Counted from the first letter of the stretch, positions 1 through 14,760 are shown. The stretch is 64,000 bases of DNA from Bigelowiella natans CCMP2755 (GCA_000320545.1 ADNK01000136.1:194829-258828), one strand, 5' to 3'. Notes: a model not told the origin generated them from the letters alone. Translations and numbers: made by a program.

Positions 1-52
1 GGGTGTTGTAGTAGCAGCTTCTAAGCAAAAGAAGTAGAACAACTGCTAGTAC

Positions 53-87
<35 letters not shown>

Positions 88-574
88 TCACAAATAATCA
101 CCATATTTATTACTTCGGTCGTACCTTGTGCATTCCACCCCCTCCCCCCTCTTGTTGCATCAACAAGATTCTGCACTACCACCACCATCACATCGTGCTG
201 CTAGCTTAAAACTTGCTACTCTCCAATAATGATTAATACAAATAATAATAATATTATTATTATTATATTATTATGATATATGGTTGTTTGATCTTGTCTT
301 GTTTCTAGGTACGATTCCCCGATCACGTTGGACTGATGCAGACAGGGTACTAGTAGTAGTACTAGTAGTAGTAGCTGTCGTTGTTGTTGTCGTTGTTTAC
401 CCGTAGTAGTGGCATTATAATTTTTCTTATTATTAAATTAAACGACGTACAGAAACTAGCAGAAATGATTGGAAATGGCAAAAGAAAGGTGGAAAATGGT
501 GTGCTGCTGCTGGTGCTGCTGCTGTGATGATAATGCTGCTATTGTATCAAGGAAGAAGATTCTTGCTCCACCGT

Positions 575-649
<75 letters not shown>

Positions 650-2701
650 AACCTCCTCCTCCTCCTCCTCCTCCTCCTCCTCCTCCTTATGTTTATAACT
701 GACATTGATGTGTCGTCGTCGTCTATTGGTAGAGTTTGGCTTTAGAACTACTTGAAGAGGCTCGACTACTGGAAGCTAGGGTATACTACTGCTACTACTA
801 CTACTACTACGTACTGACCACTAACTGACTACTACTACTACTAATCAGGAGATGGAAATGAGTGCTGAGACGGGGTTAAGAAGGTCGTCGATAGCACTAC
901 CTAAGGATATGCAAAGGAGGGTCTTACAGCGTGTGCATACTTGGTTGGAGGAGGAAATGGTTACTCGCCACGCTACAACATCAACGGGGAGAAGATTGCT
1001 AGAGGTACTACTACTACTAGTAGTAGTAGTTGAATACTCATTCTACCAAGTTGTTATGCAACCTGAGTAAGAATTAATTTCTTCTTCTTCTTCATTTTCA
1101 TTTTCATACTGAGTTTATCATCAACCAAACGAGTAATCGTTTTTATCATCATCATCATCGTCGTCGTCGTCGTCGTCATCATCGTCGCTACTACCTATTT
1201 ATTGAAAGAAAATTTATCATCCTCATCATCATCCTACCACTATATTTAAACGTCGTCGTCGTTATCGTCGTTATCGTTTATGATAATGTTAATGAATTGA
1301 ATAAGGACACCTTTGGGAACTCTCTTCGGTACGTAAATTCTCTGTACCGAGCAAGGTATAATTGTAGTAGTTTATACTACTTATAACATGGTAGTGGTAA
1401 GAAGGTGCTCGTTATTAAATATTATAGATATGGATCGGAACAAAGAAAAGCTCCTGCTCATATGCCTCATATGATCGACAAGAGGGTACTTACTACTACT
1501 TACTACTACTTACTACTATTACATCTACTACCTATCACTGAAGAGAGAGAGAGAGATAAAAGACAACAAGGACTAACAATATATCTAATTCCCATCATCT
1601 TTTCTCATTTCTCCTCCTTCTCTGCCATTATTATCGTGTTATCACCAATATGTATCCTAACAGTGGAGGGGTATTTTTTTGTTCTTTCTTTCTTGATAGT
1701 AGTACACAGAACGAATATGAATACACTTAGTACCAGTTATAGTAGTCTGATCACGTACATTACATCACATCAGATCATGGAGGAACTGCAAACTACTTTC
1801 CCACAACAATTTGATGCAACGTCGTCTCATAGGTATGATGATGATGATCCATTGATGATGATGATCCATTGATGATGATGGACTTTGTTGTTGTTGTTGT
1901 TGTTGTTGTTGTGGTGGTGGTGGTGTGATGATGATCAAGGTTTCGAGACAGTGAGGACATGCAATTTTCCTTCGCATATTTCTACTACCTCATGAACGAG
2001 AAGCCGGTTGGTTGGTTGAATATTTTGTGCTGTAGTAGTATTAGTAGTAGCAGCAGCAGTAGTAGTAGTAGTTGTAGTAGCAGTCAATGAGTACTGTAAC
2101 AAGTCCTGGGTGATAATCATGATGGTGGTTATAGGGTGCTGCTCGTGGTGATGATAATATACTTTATCTCTTTATTATGATGGTTCATCTCTTAGCTGTG
2201 TTGTTTTCTTATTCTTCATCACCACCAATTGCTATTGACAAATGCTGTTGCTTCTGCTGCAGATTTTTAAGCTGGAAATGGTATTTGATAAGTATATCGA
2301 CTTGAATAAGGTTAGTAGTAGTAGTAATATATATATATATATATATAAATATATATATATATGAGAATGAGGGGTTAGAGGGAAACAATCCTAGATCGAC
2401 ATACCATGCGGTCCTTATCTTGTGTTATTATCTTATGTTGTATATAATAACAATGCTCCCTCTATTAGGATGGGCGTGTTGATTTTCTGGAGCTGAGGCA
2501 TCTTTCCCTACTTTTGATGCCTGGTAGTAATAATAAGAAGAACAACAACAAGAACAAGAGGACTTACATGCAAGAGATAATCATCATATATCTCTTACAT
2601 GAATAGTGAGATCTAGTATTAAATTGAGGCTAAACATGGTGCTGCTGCTACTGCAATGAAACTTATAACTTCTTCCTCCCCCCCCCCTCCTCCTCGTTAT
2701 G

Positions 2702-2734
<33 letters not shown>

Positions 2735-2827
2735 GGTCTTCTTCTTCTTCACCATCATCATCATCAACAACAACAACAACCAACAGGAAAGCCAACAATT
2801 CATGGTTTGAAGGCCAAAATGACACAG

Positions 2828-2860
<33 letters not shown>

Positions 2861-3046
2861 CCAGTAGTAATAGTAGTACCAGTAGTATGTAAGTAGTAGC
2901 AGTATGATGATGATGACGATGATGATGATAATGATGATGATGATAATGATGATGATGATAATGATGATGATGACGATGATGATGATGACGATGATGATGA
3001 TGATGATGACATACACCTGCTGCTGCTGCTGCTCTACTCTGATATA

Positions 3047-3079
<33 letters not shown>

Positions 3080-3172
3080 CTGCTCCTACTACTAATACTA
3101 CCACTTCCACTACTGCTGCTGCTACTACTGCTGCTGCTACTTTTAAGGTGTTGGACAATCTCGGTATACAGC

Positions 3173-3203
<31 letters not shown>

Positions 3204-3377
3204 GTCACAAGATGATGATAATACTGCCCGAGCTGGGTCCCAATCGTCGTCGTCATCATCATCATCATCATCATCATCATCCGATGAGTCTTCATCATCG
3301 ACAACAGGAACATCCGTAGTAGCAGCACCAGCAGGTTACTACTACTACTATTACTACTACTACTACTACTATTTCTG

Positions 3378-3418
<41 letters not shown>

Positions 3419-4056
3419 TATATACGCAAGAAGCCAATTAGTATCGTCGTCGTCGTTATGTTTTAGCCATTTTCATTATCATCATCATCATCATCATTCA
3501 AACATGGAAAATCAATCACATCACCTTACCGCAGCATCATCATCATCATCATCGTCATTTCTGTTATTATCTTTATAGATGATGACAACGAAGATGACGA
3601 AAATAGCGACGCTAACGAGTCTTCGCAACAAGAATTACAAAGGCGAGTGGATGAGAATGAGATCACGATTCAAACGTTTCAGAACTCAGAGACGGTCATT
3701 AATGCTACTAAGTTAACAGTATTGTCGTGTGTGTGTGCGTGTGTATGAGAGAGAGAGAGAGAGAGAGAGGGGGGGAGAGAGAGAGAGTGAGATGATCGTA
3801 GTAGTCGTCGTCGCCGTAGCTATCTTGTGAGAGAAGTGAGTAATAAGGTTTGCAGCTGCTGCTATGGTTGGTATTGATGATAATGTGTTGATACTAATGA
3901 TAATAATAATAGCCGATAATACAATACCTACATCAAATATGCAGGTTCTGGAGGAGTTAAGGAAATTTATGAGAAAACAGACAAAGTAATAACAAAATTG
4001 ATGAAAATAGACACTCACACACAGAGACAGAAAGACTGATGGTGATGATGATGATA

Positions 4057-4089
<33 letters not shown>

Positions 4090-5090
4090 ATGACCATAAT
4101 GCGAAGTAATCGATAATAACAATCAATAAATCAATGAATCATCATCATCGTGATCATCATCATCATCATCATAAGGTATAAGCATGAGTTGGTCAACCTC
4201 AATGAGGTAGAGTTTTTCATGGTGCCAGACGACTATCAGCAGGTACTACTACTACTACTACCGAATATCATGTTGTTAGCTGTTGAATATGATGCTTTGT
4301 ATATATATTGTGTGTTATATGTACGTCGTTTGTTATTACAGTATGCATATATATTATTATTATTATTAGGTACAGGAGCGATTAGATCACATAATGGTTA
4401 AGGCACCCAAGTTCATTTGTTTGAACGATGATATGAATAAGGTAGTAGTAGTACTAGTAGTAGTAGTGGTGATGGTGATACTGCTGCTATTGAGTCACTA
4501 TCATCACCATCACCATTATCATTATCATCATTATATGATCATCGATGTGATAACTATGTATGTTCAGACCCATGATCCTCCCAAGCGTACGCTTAAAGCT
4601 CTTAGAGACTTCTATGAAACGTAGCTGCTTATCATCATCATTATCATCATCATCATCATTATCACCATCATCATCAAAATATGCAACGAACAAATAAACA
4701 AACTATGACAATGATACTTGAAGAAATGTTTACTTTTTGAGTAGTATTACAACATAGTAGTAGTAGTGGTAGTAGTTGTAGTGCTTCAAGACTCATTCAA
4801 TAAACGTGAATACTTACATCTTATGATGATGATGATGATGATGATGATGATAAATATGTGGTAGTTATTTCCCCGAGCCTACACCATTCGAGCTGCCCAA
4901 GGGCGAGGCAAACCCCTTCTTGCATTATGAAGATCTTATGGCGTAAGTGCTGTTGTTGCTTGCTAGCTACTGCTGTTATTTTCAACTAGAGTAGTAGGAG
5001 AAGAAGAATAACGACAACATTTATGCATAAATTGTCAGGTTCAAGCAAAAAGAACATAGAGAAGCGGCTTTAGGTTCTGGCTATGAATAG
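1..5090 (+). CDS. GNPTAB: N-acetylglucosamine-1-phosphotransferase alpha/beta-like (Stealth family), multi-exon, 5'-partial
   Basis: Spliced exons read TGRRLLE|DTFGNSLRYVNSLY...RKAPAHMPHMIDKR|IMEELQTTFPQQFDATSSHR|FRDSEDMQFSFAYFYYLMNE, an EF-hand-like DLNK|DGRVDFLELRHL, KAPKFICLNDDMNK, and LRDFYET|YFPEPTPFELP...NPFLH. These match the C-terminal Stealth conserved regions of GNPTAB. Stop TAG at 5088-5090. Confidence 0.9.
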
Positions 5091-6298
5091 CAGGAATACC
5101 GAACGAATCGGCCATAAAAGCGTTTCATTCGGCGGAATAAGCAAACTTTTTATAAGACAAGAATCTTAAAATCAATAGTGATATCTTATCGACTTATTCA
5201 GCTACGTGATGAGGAATCGAAGTACTTCTTCGATATCAAAGAGCAAGAAATAGCCCAGCGCAGCGTCCGTGCATTGTATTTAAATAATAGCACTGCTTGT
5301 GCAATTTATTATTATCTTCATGTAATTTGAAAGTGTGACAACAGCGAGTCAAAGTGCACACATATATACACGCAAATAATTAATTTAGCGTCATCTATTA
5401 TTAGGTATGCGCACAATACAGTATCGTTGTACATTGATAATGCTAACTTGTGTGATTGTATCAGCGCGTGTGAACGATGCAGCGCTGTGTAAAAACATTG
5501 ATGTTCACGTCCATCTAGCCATGCGCGACTTATTCTTCAAACGAACAAAACGTGCTAGTAGCGTGGTGTGTATTCGTAGCGAAGGTCGAAGTCACTGTCA
5601 CATTAAATGCGTGTGACCAGCCGGTATCGTATGTACGTCGTGCATGATAGAACATTTATATGAGTGCACGCACAGCAGCACACCATTGCAAAACTACGTA
5701 CATTTGCTACGATACCATGCATGCTTGCGCAACTGGCGCGTCATTCGCAGCTCCGCCGCACACACACACACACACACACACATACAAAACGCAAGCGAGT
5801 TCATGTACGTTGCCTACTTGACTGCGATGCTTTTTGAGAAGTTGCTGTTTTTTTGCCAGTGTAGCGCTGCGATGCGTTGCCACGAGCTAGCGAGACCTAG
5901 CTAGCTAGCAGCTAGATGGAGATGTATCGTACTACATATTCAAATTTTGTCAATTTTCTTCGTCGGTGACGATGCAGCCACTATGTACGTACTACATGCA
6001 GCTTATTGTCACATTGCAGTTGTGAGGCAAAACACAATTGTTCGTCAGCGTACGTACAAGCTCAAGCTGCATGCGGGATGACGCGAAATGCAATTAACAA
6101 AGAACTACAAAATGCAGAAGTTGCTTGTCGTCGAACATCAGCCGCACTGCTAACCTTGCTTCCATCATGCCGTGAAAGTGAATTCATCATTTTGTTTTCT
6201 GACTGAATAGCTACTACGTAGTATCTGCGCCATGTGCGCTAGCAAGCAAGCAAGGTTTCGATGAGCTCTCCCCCATGAGTTGCTTTGGGATGATGCCA

Positions 6299-6721
6299 TT
6301 AGTAAGCTTCTTCATAGATTCTACGAGCATCATCTGGCAAAACCTGAAGTAAGATAGAAGTGTGGTATTGTAACAATTGATGATAGCACGTATAGCGAAC
6401 GAAGAACCATTTATGTATACGTACATCGAAAGAATACCTGCCGCGGATTGTTCGGTAGAAGCCGTGTTTGTTTCATTGCCTCTGTGATGTGATAGATAAT
6501 CTTGTTGAGGATGATGATTGAGTTCGGTGGAAATAAAGTAGTAGTAGTAGTAGAAAATGGTGATGAATAAGAAAGGTTTTCAAAAGCTAACCCTCCAAAA
6601 CTAGAACAAGAAGAAGAAGAAGAAGAAGAAGAAGGAGAAGAAGGACAAAAGACATAATCATTACCTGTTACAAGGAGCTCAATATCGTCGTCTTGGTTGA
6701 CCCCAACCTACAAATATATAG

Positions 6722-6765
<44 letters not shown>

Positions 6766-7341
6766 TTTGTGTTTTGATGCTGCTCCTATGCACAGGAAGA
6801 AGAAAATCATGATGATGATGATGATCATGATGAAGGAAACGAAGAGGAGCTCTCATTGCATAAAACACGCAGTCACCAATTCGAGTATATGTGTGTGTGT
6901 TTGTGTGTGTGCGTGTGTTATCATCGTCATCATCATCATCATCATCACCTGCCGTAATTGCGTTTCAAGCCCAAGTTCCAGGGGAAGGGATTGATAATAT
7001 GCTATCATATTCTCTACCTGTGTACCAATTTAACACCGTAGTTTTGATGAAAACGGTTACTACTATTTGTAGTATCTGATCAGCGTGGTGTCGTTACTAC
7101 TATAAGAACAACAATTTTCATACTTGAAAGAAGTGCATTATGCACTTGGATTATCATCTTGAATAATGTTGTTGCGGTATTATCAAATAGTAGCAAATGT
7201 CGTAGAAGGATCAATGGGATTAAGGAGGAGAATGCAAAGCACCTTTTCTGATGATGAAGAAGAAGAAGAAGATGATGATGATGAGGAATTACTCAATAAT
7301 CCACCAATTAAAGGAGCTAATTCAGCGTACATTGCCCTATA

Positions 7342-7376
<35 letters not shown>

Positions 7377-7522
7377 GTACATTGCCCTGTAAATAATGGT
7401 ATTATTATTATTATTATTATTATTAATAATAATAATAATGATTACAAATACAATGAGTCAACACCATTATCGGTAGTAGTATCGGTAGTAGTAATAGTAG
7501 TAGTACCAGCAGCAGAGGTTGT

Positions 7523-7558
<36 letters not shown>

Positions 7559-9631
7559 TATTTTCTTAACAGTGGAAGGAACAACAAACAAATCGTAGTA
7601 GTAGTAGTAGTAGTAGTAGTAGTAATAGTAGTGATAGTAGTAGGTGGTGGTATTGGAGAATGTTGGTGCTGGTGGTGAAAGGAGGAAAAGGAGGAAGAGG
7701 AGGAAGGGGAACAGGGCTAGTAGCTTAACTCCTAGTAGTAGCACTAGTAGTACTAGTAGTAGTACTTCGCAGCTGGATCTTTGGCATTGAATTTTAGCAC
7801 ATGTGGTAACATGAGCGAATTGCTTAGACCGTGAGGTACATGAAAATGAGACCCTATTGGATATGCTAGTGCGTGGACCTGATCATAATCATGATGATCA
7901 TCAGAAGAAACAACATATATTCTCCGATAAATTTTAAAAATAAGTGATGATGATATCAAATTTAATTTCTTCTTGTTCGACTTACTGCTGCAACAGGGGC
8001 GTTAGCAAAGGCTATTCCAGCGTATCTTTGTTGATGGATATATGTATGTATGTAATAACAACAATTATTTGCATAGTAGTAGTAGTAGTAGTAGTAGTAG
8101 AAGTAGTAGTAGAAGTAGTAGTAGTAGTAGTAGAAGTAGTAGTAATAACGCAGTATAGTATAGCAGCATTCATTTTATCATCCTGTGCTGCTGCTATTGC
8201 TGGAAATGGCCAATACCAACAAGAAGGGTGTTCTTTATTCATGCTGCTGCTGCTGCTGCTGCTGTACGAGTAAGCTTTGCAAGAAGCACCACTGTGTTGT
8301 TGTTGTTGTTGTTGTTATTGTTGTTGCTATTTATGGAAATGATGATGTTGTACTGATTCGTCGTACAAAGAGCCTTTTAGCATTGCCAATCTTGCTTCCA
8401 AATCGCCATTATCTCCAGTAACTACCTGAAGTTGTAGTATCAAATTATTTGTAGGTCGGTGCAGATTTGAAAAAGGGGGAGGACGATTGAGAGAATACAG
8501 AACATGATACACATTTCTTCCATATCTTTTTAGAGAAAATTGGTGAGTGATGGTCTTATGATTTCCACTTCCTATTTTCCAGCTAATGATTATAAATAGT
8601 GTGATCATTATTATCATTGATAGCATAATATATACGGTGACCGAACATTAACCTTATGTATATTCTCAGAGAGCAGTCTCAACGCCTGTGAAAGAGATGA
8701 TGATGATGAAGTTAATCAGTGATGATGATGATGATGATGACGACGCAGGATACACCACACATCTATATATGTCATACCATCTTTGCAAAACCATCTGAAA
8801 CTTCATTTTTCTTCAAACGTGATGTATATGCCTCAATTGCGTGGACCTATGATTGGAAATAGTAATAATAGTAGTAGCAGCAGCAGTAGTAGTGGTAGTA
8901 GAAAGCAACACAAATCAAAGAATGGTGAAGAAGAAGAAGCAGTGGCAATAGTAGTAACAAATTGTAGTTATAGTAGTAGTAGTATTAGAAGGAGGAGGAG
9001 AAGGAGGAAGACGAAAACAGAAAGGGTGGTGTTCAATATATTGATAGTCAAAGGTGCTCATCCTCATCCTCATCATCCTCATCCTCATCATCATCATCAT
9101 CATCATCATCATCGAGTGTGAGCACCATAGCATCAATTCCGGTTGCAGCTGTGACTTTTGGTGGTAGGCTAACTGTTAAGACAGGGTCTAATATTGCCCA
9201 ATCCGGAAGCAACACCTACATACATCATAATAATAATTACGATGTGTGTGTGTGAGGTCCATCATGTTGCTTGTACGTAGGAGCACCGTGCATAATACAC
9301 TAAGCACATACACATGTATTTTCACTCGTTTGTTATTATTCTTCGGTATTGGTACTCCTCCTCCTCCTCCTCATCCTTACAGGATCTACAACGCCCTTTT
9401 TCTCGTTTTCCCCGGTGGTCAGGATGCTATCATGGTGTTGGTTGTCGAAGGGGGGGGGGGCAGGGAGGGATGAGGGGTACGATTAGTGATATTGATCCAT
9501 CAAGTAACAACTTTCCAGTGATTATTGCAACACCTGTTGTTTAGTAGGACAACAACTTCTACTACTGCTCTGCTGCTGCTGCTGCTGCTGCTGTTGTTAC
9601 TACTGCATACTACGACGACTACTATTACTAT

Positions 9632-9663
<32 letters not shown>

Positions 9664-10607
9664 TTGTTACTACTGCATACTACGACGACTACTATTACTA
9701 TTACTACTACTGCTGCTGCTGCTGCTGCTGTTGTTACTACTGCATACTACGACGACTACTATTACTATTACTACTACTGCTGCTGCTGCTGCTGCTGTTA
9801 ACCTGATTGGCGTGACCTCAGACCCTGTTCCTGCTGTCGTAGGTATCTGTTCATCATCATCATCATTATTTAATATAATATTTGAATATTATATACTCGT
9901 CATTCCTTCAATCATTCATCGGTATATTGGTAGAGTAAAAGGATGATCATGCACTACCTGCACAAGAGGAAGGCGCTCGCTTTTGGTAGCGTTGGCAACC
10001 CCGTACCTAGTGTTTGTTGTCGTAGTAGTAGCACATGATAATACAGAGATTAAGTAACAGCAGCAGCAGCAGTAGTAGTAGTATCAGTAGTAGTTGTAAT
10101 AGGAGCGGGGTAGGGTAATATATTAAGTATCAACAGCGAGAGGGGAGAAGTTATCACGCCTACTGCCTCTCTCAATTATATAATCTTTGTTCCGTGAAAA
10201 GGCATAGTGGATGTGTTGCATCGTCATTTGATGGCGGAAATTTGCAGAGATATTTAGTTACAGAGAGTCGAGAGACTGGTGATCATGTTTGTGAGCTAGA
10301 TACGCAACAAGCTTGGCCACATCCATTGGGGAACCCCCTGTAGTGTTAGTGTTTTACTTCGGTTATGGCCAACCAAGCAATGACAATGGTAGAATGTACT
10401 CGTTGAACAAAAGTGTTTAGAAGTAGTAAGTAGTAGTAGTAATAGCAGTGATGAAGGAATAGCACCTCCAAATCCAACAACACAGTCCACGCCAGCATTG
10501 ATCGCATGTGAAACTTGTCATGGGGAACCATTTGACCAGAATTAATAATATCGCCCAGAAGCGGTGAATTGAGGTTGATGGTTCTCAGGGCTACAACAAC
10601 AACAACA

Positions 10608-10641
<34 letters not shown>

Positions 10642-11208
10642 TATGCATATCATTTTATCAAAAAGGGAACAAATAGAAGAAGAAGAAGAAGATGGAGAAG
10701 AAAAAAGGGGGTCACCTGCGATCTTCACAGTTTCTTCAGGTGGGTCGTTTGTTACGTCGTCAAAAATGGTCATATCAACCCCGGAGGTTCTTAGAGATGC
10801 AATACCTTCCTCTAATAGCCTGGTGGCGCAGCGGCAGCAATGCAGTAGCAGTGTCCATCACATTGACGGAAGGAGATTAGAAGGGCGATGTAACAAAAGA
10901 TGAAGAAGAAGAAGAAGAAGAAGTAGGTAGCTAAGTCAAAACACGTACAACAAGCTTATTACCCCATTTTCCGTACCCCCTTGTCGGTCACCATCATTGC
11001 ACGCTTACAGCCCATACGAGTGAGAACTTCACCCAGCTTCGTCAAACAAGGGGTAAACATAAGGGGAATGGGGAGTAGGTAGACTTTATTTAGATACTTA
11101 TGACTCGACAATAATCATAAAAATAGGATAATGTGCCCTCACCTTAGCTGTTGCACCTATTTCAGCCATGATGCTGCGAGTTGTTTGGAATAGGAACCCG
11201 GAAGCCAT
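6299..11208 (-). CDS. Iron-containing alcohol dehydrogenase (Fe-ADH family), many short exons
   Basis: Spliced translation: MASGFLFQTTRSIMAEIGA...MMVTDKG...DCVVGFGGGSPMDVAK...IPTTAGTGSEVTPI...ATGIDAMVHAIEAY...HALAYPIGSHFHVPHGLSNSLMLPHVLKFN...AMKQTRLLPNNPRQVLPDDARRIYEEAY*. GGGS motif and metal-binding His motifs present; the junctions I traced are GT-AG. Confidence 0.93.
9570..9800. repeat. Intronic composite minisatellite, ~3 x 65-70 bp
   Basis: Unit (ctg)n-ttgttactactgcatactacgacgactactattactattactacta repeated three times. Confidence 0.85.
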
Positions 11209-11714
11209 ACTCGTAGCAGATTGTAAGCAGTTTCACAGGAGATGAATAAGTCTATCGAAAATCAATTTATTACTCTGCTGCTAGTATCCTGTTGCTGCGC
11301 ATACTCTACCTACCTGCTTGTATTGATAAAAAGGTTTTATCTATCCTCAGCCGAGAGAAGGAGAGGAGGAGGAGGAGGAGGAGGAGGAGGAGGAGGATGA
11401 GGAAGGTTGGTTTTAGTGCCAACCTTAGAAGTTTTTGGTGTATATTTTTACCATAAAAATATATTCGATATGAATGTTAGCAAGAACATTCATTAGATAT
11501 TTCCGGTGTATATTATTGTCAGGATGACAAGGTCGTAGAGTGGGAGTCATCAGAGTAATTATTATCATCCGCGTAGCAGTAGAAAGGAGTATGATGAGTG
11601 CTGCTCCTCCTCGTGGCCTCCTGGTTGTGTAGAAAGTAGCTACAGAAGAAGAGCATATGCTAAAGAACTAGAGATTAAAAAAAAGGAGGAGGAGAAGAAG
11701 AAAAATAAGCACAA

Positions 11715-12260
11715 ATGATCAGAGGAGGAAAGGGTTTCAAGTTATCGAGGGGTTGGACTTTGGCCATGGCATCATGGCGACTGGGAGGAGTTGGAATGTC
11801 GTCAATAGACAGCAGTAGATGGCCGCAAAGACTGGGCTCCACCCGGAGACTGATGACAGATATCCTGCATTCTGGAAATAGCAAAGCAAAAATATCGGCA
11901 CAGGGGTAGAATTACTAACAGTCTTGCTGCATCAACATCTTGTAACTACTTATTTAAATTCGTACTTCATTTCTCATCACACTCTAAGGTCGGAGCATAA
12001 TCACCATCGTAACAATTATCATCGAGTTGCTCGCGTAGCTGTAATTGGAACGCCAAATGCGGGTAAGTCGGTCATCGTTAACAAAATGGTTGAATCGAAG
12101 GTCTCAGCTGAGTCTCCAAAGCGCCATACAACACGCAAAGAAGTTCTAGGGATTCTCACAGAAAATGACACTCAATTGGTATTTTGTTATTATTGTTGCT
12201 ATTGTTATGGTTGGTTCTAATGAATCAAATGTATTGCAAACTAGAAGAGTGAATTGAGGG

Positions 12261-12297
<37 letters not shown>

Positions 12298-12491
12298 CTG
12301 AATGTTACATCACTTGTTGTTGTTATTATAGTAGTCGTATTAGCTGAATATTACATCACTTGTTGTTGTTATTATGCACAAGATATTGACGGACACCCCT
12401 GGGATAGTCGCTAATAAAGAAAAGACTCGGTATGAGTCGGGGTTGGTAAGGTCTCCTTGGGAAGCATTGTTTGGTGTGGACGCAGCCTTGG

Positions 12492-12523
<32 letters not shown>

Positions 12524-12537
12524 AAGAAAATAATACT

Positions 12538-12586
<49 letters not shown>

Positions 12587-13270
12587 TATACATGATTCCG
12601 TTTCTGAGATAACGCTACTGGAAGATGAAAGAAATTACTATCCTCCTCATCCTCCTCCTTTGTTATTCTGCTGACAGTGGTAATCGACGCCGCAAAACGT
12701 TTATACGAAGCTGAATACCAAATGCTTCAACGAGTACGTAGAAGCAACATCGTTGTCCTCTTTCTACTTCTGTTGACTAATTATCATGGGAATCTGATCG
12801 ATCTTTTGGAAATAGCTCCAAAAGATCAAGGACGATAAAGAAGGAAAATCGCCACCTCTATTCCTCGCTTTAAATAAGGTTGTTACTTCTTTTGTTTTTT
12901 ACATATTTGAGACGAACAGTAAATTGATATCATCGTAATCCTATATAATTACAAGGTAGACTTAGTTCATCCCAAAGTAAAGCTACTCGATATGAGTGAA
13001 AATCTCAACGACATGGTGGTCATTATATATTATATACAACTGATCGAATAAATAGTAGTATTAAGAGTATTAGTAACACACCATTATTATATCCAAGCTT
13101 AAATTCGATGCTGTCCACTTCACTTGTGCAACGTCGGGCGAGGGAGTTCAAGGTATACCGCAGCACTTACACATGTTTCTGCTAAAGAATTTTCCACAAA
13201 AACCAAATGATGTGCCTATCTTTATGTCTGCACCGCAATCATCATCCTTATTACCTCTATGACACAAATA

Positions 13271-13311
<41 letters not shown>

Positions 13312-14444
13312 CACAATGTAATCACTGGTGCATTGGTTGCTAAGGCCTGGTAGCTGACTTACTAGCAGAGGCAAAAGCAGAAGAATGGCCTTTCAAATCG
13401 GAAAAAATAACAAGTAAGTTTACCACCTCTTCTAACAGTGCGCAACGATATGCAGCCCTTAATAGTAGTCACGAAAGTAGTTGTAGAAAACGTTTACGTA
13501 GGACCATACTTAACCATCATACCATCATAAATAACATCATGTTCTTGGTATTTAAAAAATGATTGCTATTATTTTTTTACCACGCATCACGTCGTCTGGG
13601 TAGACCTTTCTCTTGAGGAACGAGTCGTGGAAATAATGCGTGAGAAGTTATTTCATAGGTATCATTGTCGTTTTAACAATGTACCAGAATTGTGTGGTTA
13701 AGAATTGAAGAGGGCATGAAATTATACTATTATAATCTTGATCATTATTATAAAGGTTCCACGATGAGTTACCATACCAAATCGACCAGCAGATCGAACA
13801 AGTGGTAATCAAAATATTATTATTATGTGAGTAGAAGTGGATTGTTCTGTCTTCATTGGTGTACATAATATGGGTTCTTTCGATTCACCGTTATGTGCAG
13901 ATTGAAGGGGAGGACGGTTCAGTTCTAATTCGCCACATTTTGATTGTAAAGACAACAGGGCAAAAGCGAATCATTGAAGGTCTTCATTATGTATTATGTA
14001 TTGCAGTTGTGGTTGATGTAACTGTTGCAATTGTTGGGTATTTGGTGAAATTTGTGGAATAGTACTAAGTGGTGGAAGAAACATAGGCTAAATTCCCATT
14101 TATTTCGAGGATAGTGTTCTCCAAAACTAAAAATCGCAGCCGTCAGTACCAAAAAAAAGGCACGCACCATATAACTTCGTCAGCGAATTGATACTGCAAT
14201 TTGTCGGAAGTTCAGTAGAACACCACGGCTACAGTGAGAAGATTTTTCTGAGTCCATCACGTGATAACAGGCAAAACTGGATTGAAAATACTTGCATTGG
14301 AGAAAACAATGTCGGAAGAGTTGGAAAATATTGTTGGTATGTTTTTCTCCTTAGCATCATTCCATTTTTGAACCCTGCTATGCTCGTTTTGCAGGATGCC
14401 CTGTAACATTGAAACTTCACGTCTCTGTCAAGACACAAAACTAA
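11715..14444 (+). CDS. era: Era-like GTPase (organellar ribosome assembly), multi-exon
   Basis: G1 GTPNAGKS, G2 HTTR, G3 DTPG, G4 NKVD; KH-like tail EIMREKLFHR|FHDELPY...IIEGKTGLKILAL...PVTLKLHVSVKTQN*. Start could be 11715 or a slightly later ATG. Confidence 0.9.
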
Positions 14445-14619
14445 AATCTAGCGTCACCAATTTGTGAAAGCAATCATGAATGACGGCCATCTTCATATCA
14501 ATGCGGCCAACAATGCCTAGAATGTATAGATGTGTGCATGCCGCTAATGTATTTTAGCTTGATTGCGCATTCGATCACTATACCATCCACCTGGTGCAAC
14601 GTAAGAACTATGTCTACTG

Positions 14620-14760
14620 TAAGACGGATGTAATTAATCAATTAAATTTGTTCAATGGTCATCCTTATGTAGCTGTGCAAAGCATGCTACAGCGCTAATG
14701 TTAAATCTGTTAGTCTCAGCTATGATGTGTTCCATGCAAGTGAATGCATGCTTTTTCCTA
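14620..14760 (+). repeat. Dispersed ~140 bp repeat, copy A
   Basis: acggatgta...ttcaatggtcatccttatgtagctgtgcaa...ctacagcgct; homologous to 15280-15420 (inverted) and 63780-63856. Confidence 0.8.

Noticed and set aside
14060-14190. Possible GC-donor exon (SGGRNI) in Era
   Set aside because: A canonical GT-AG path to the exon at ~14271 (GKTGLKILAL) completes the KH domain.
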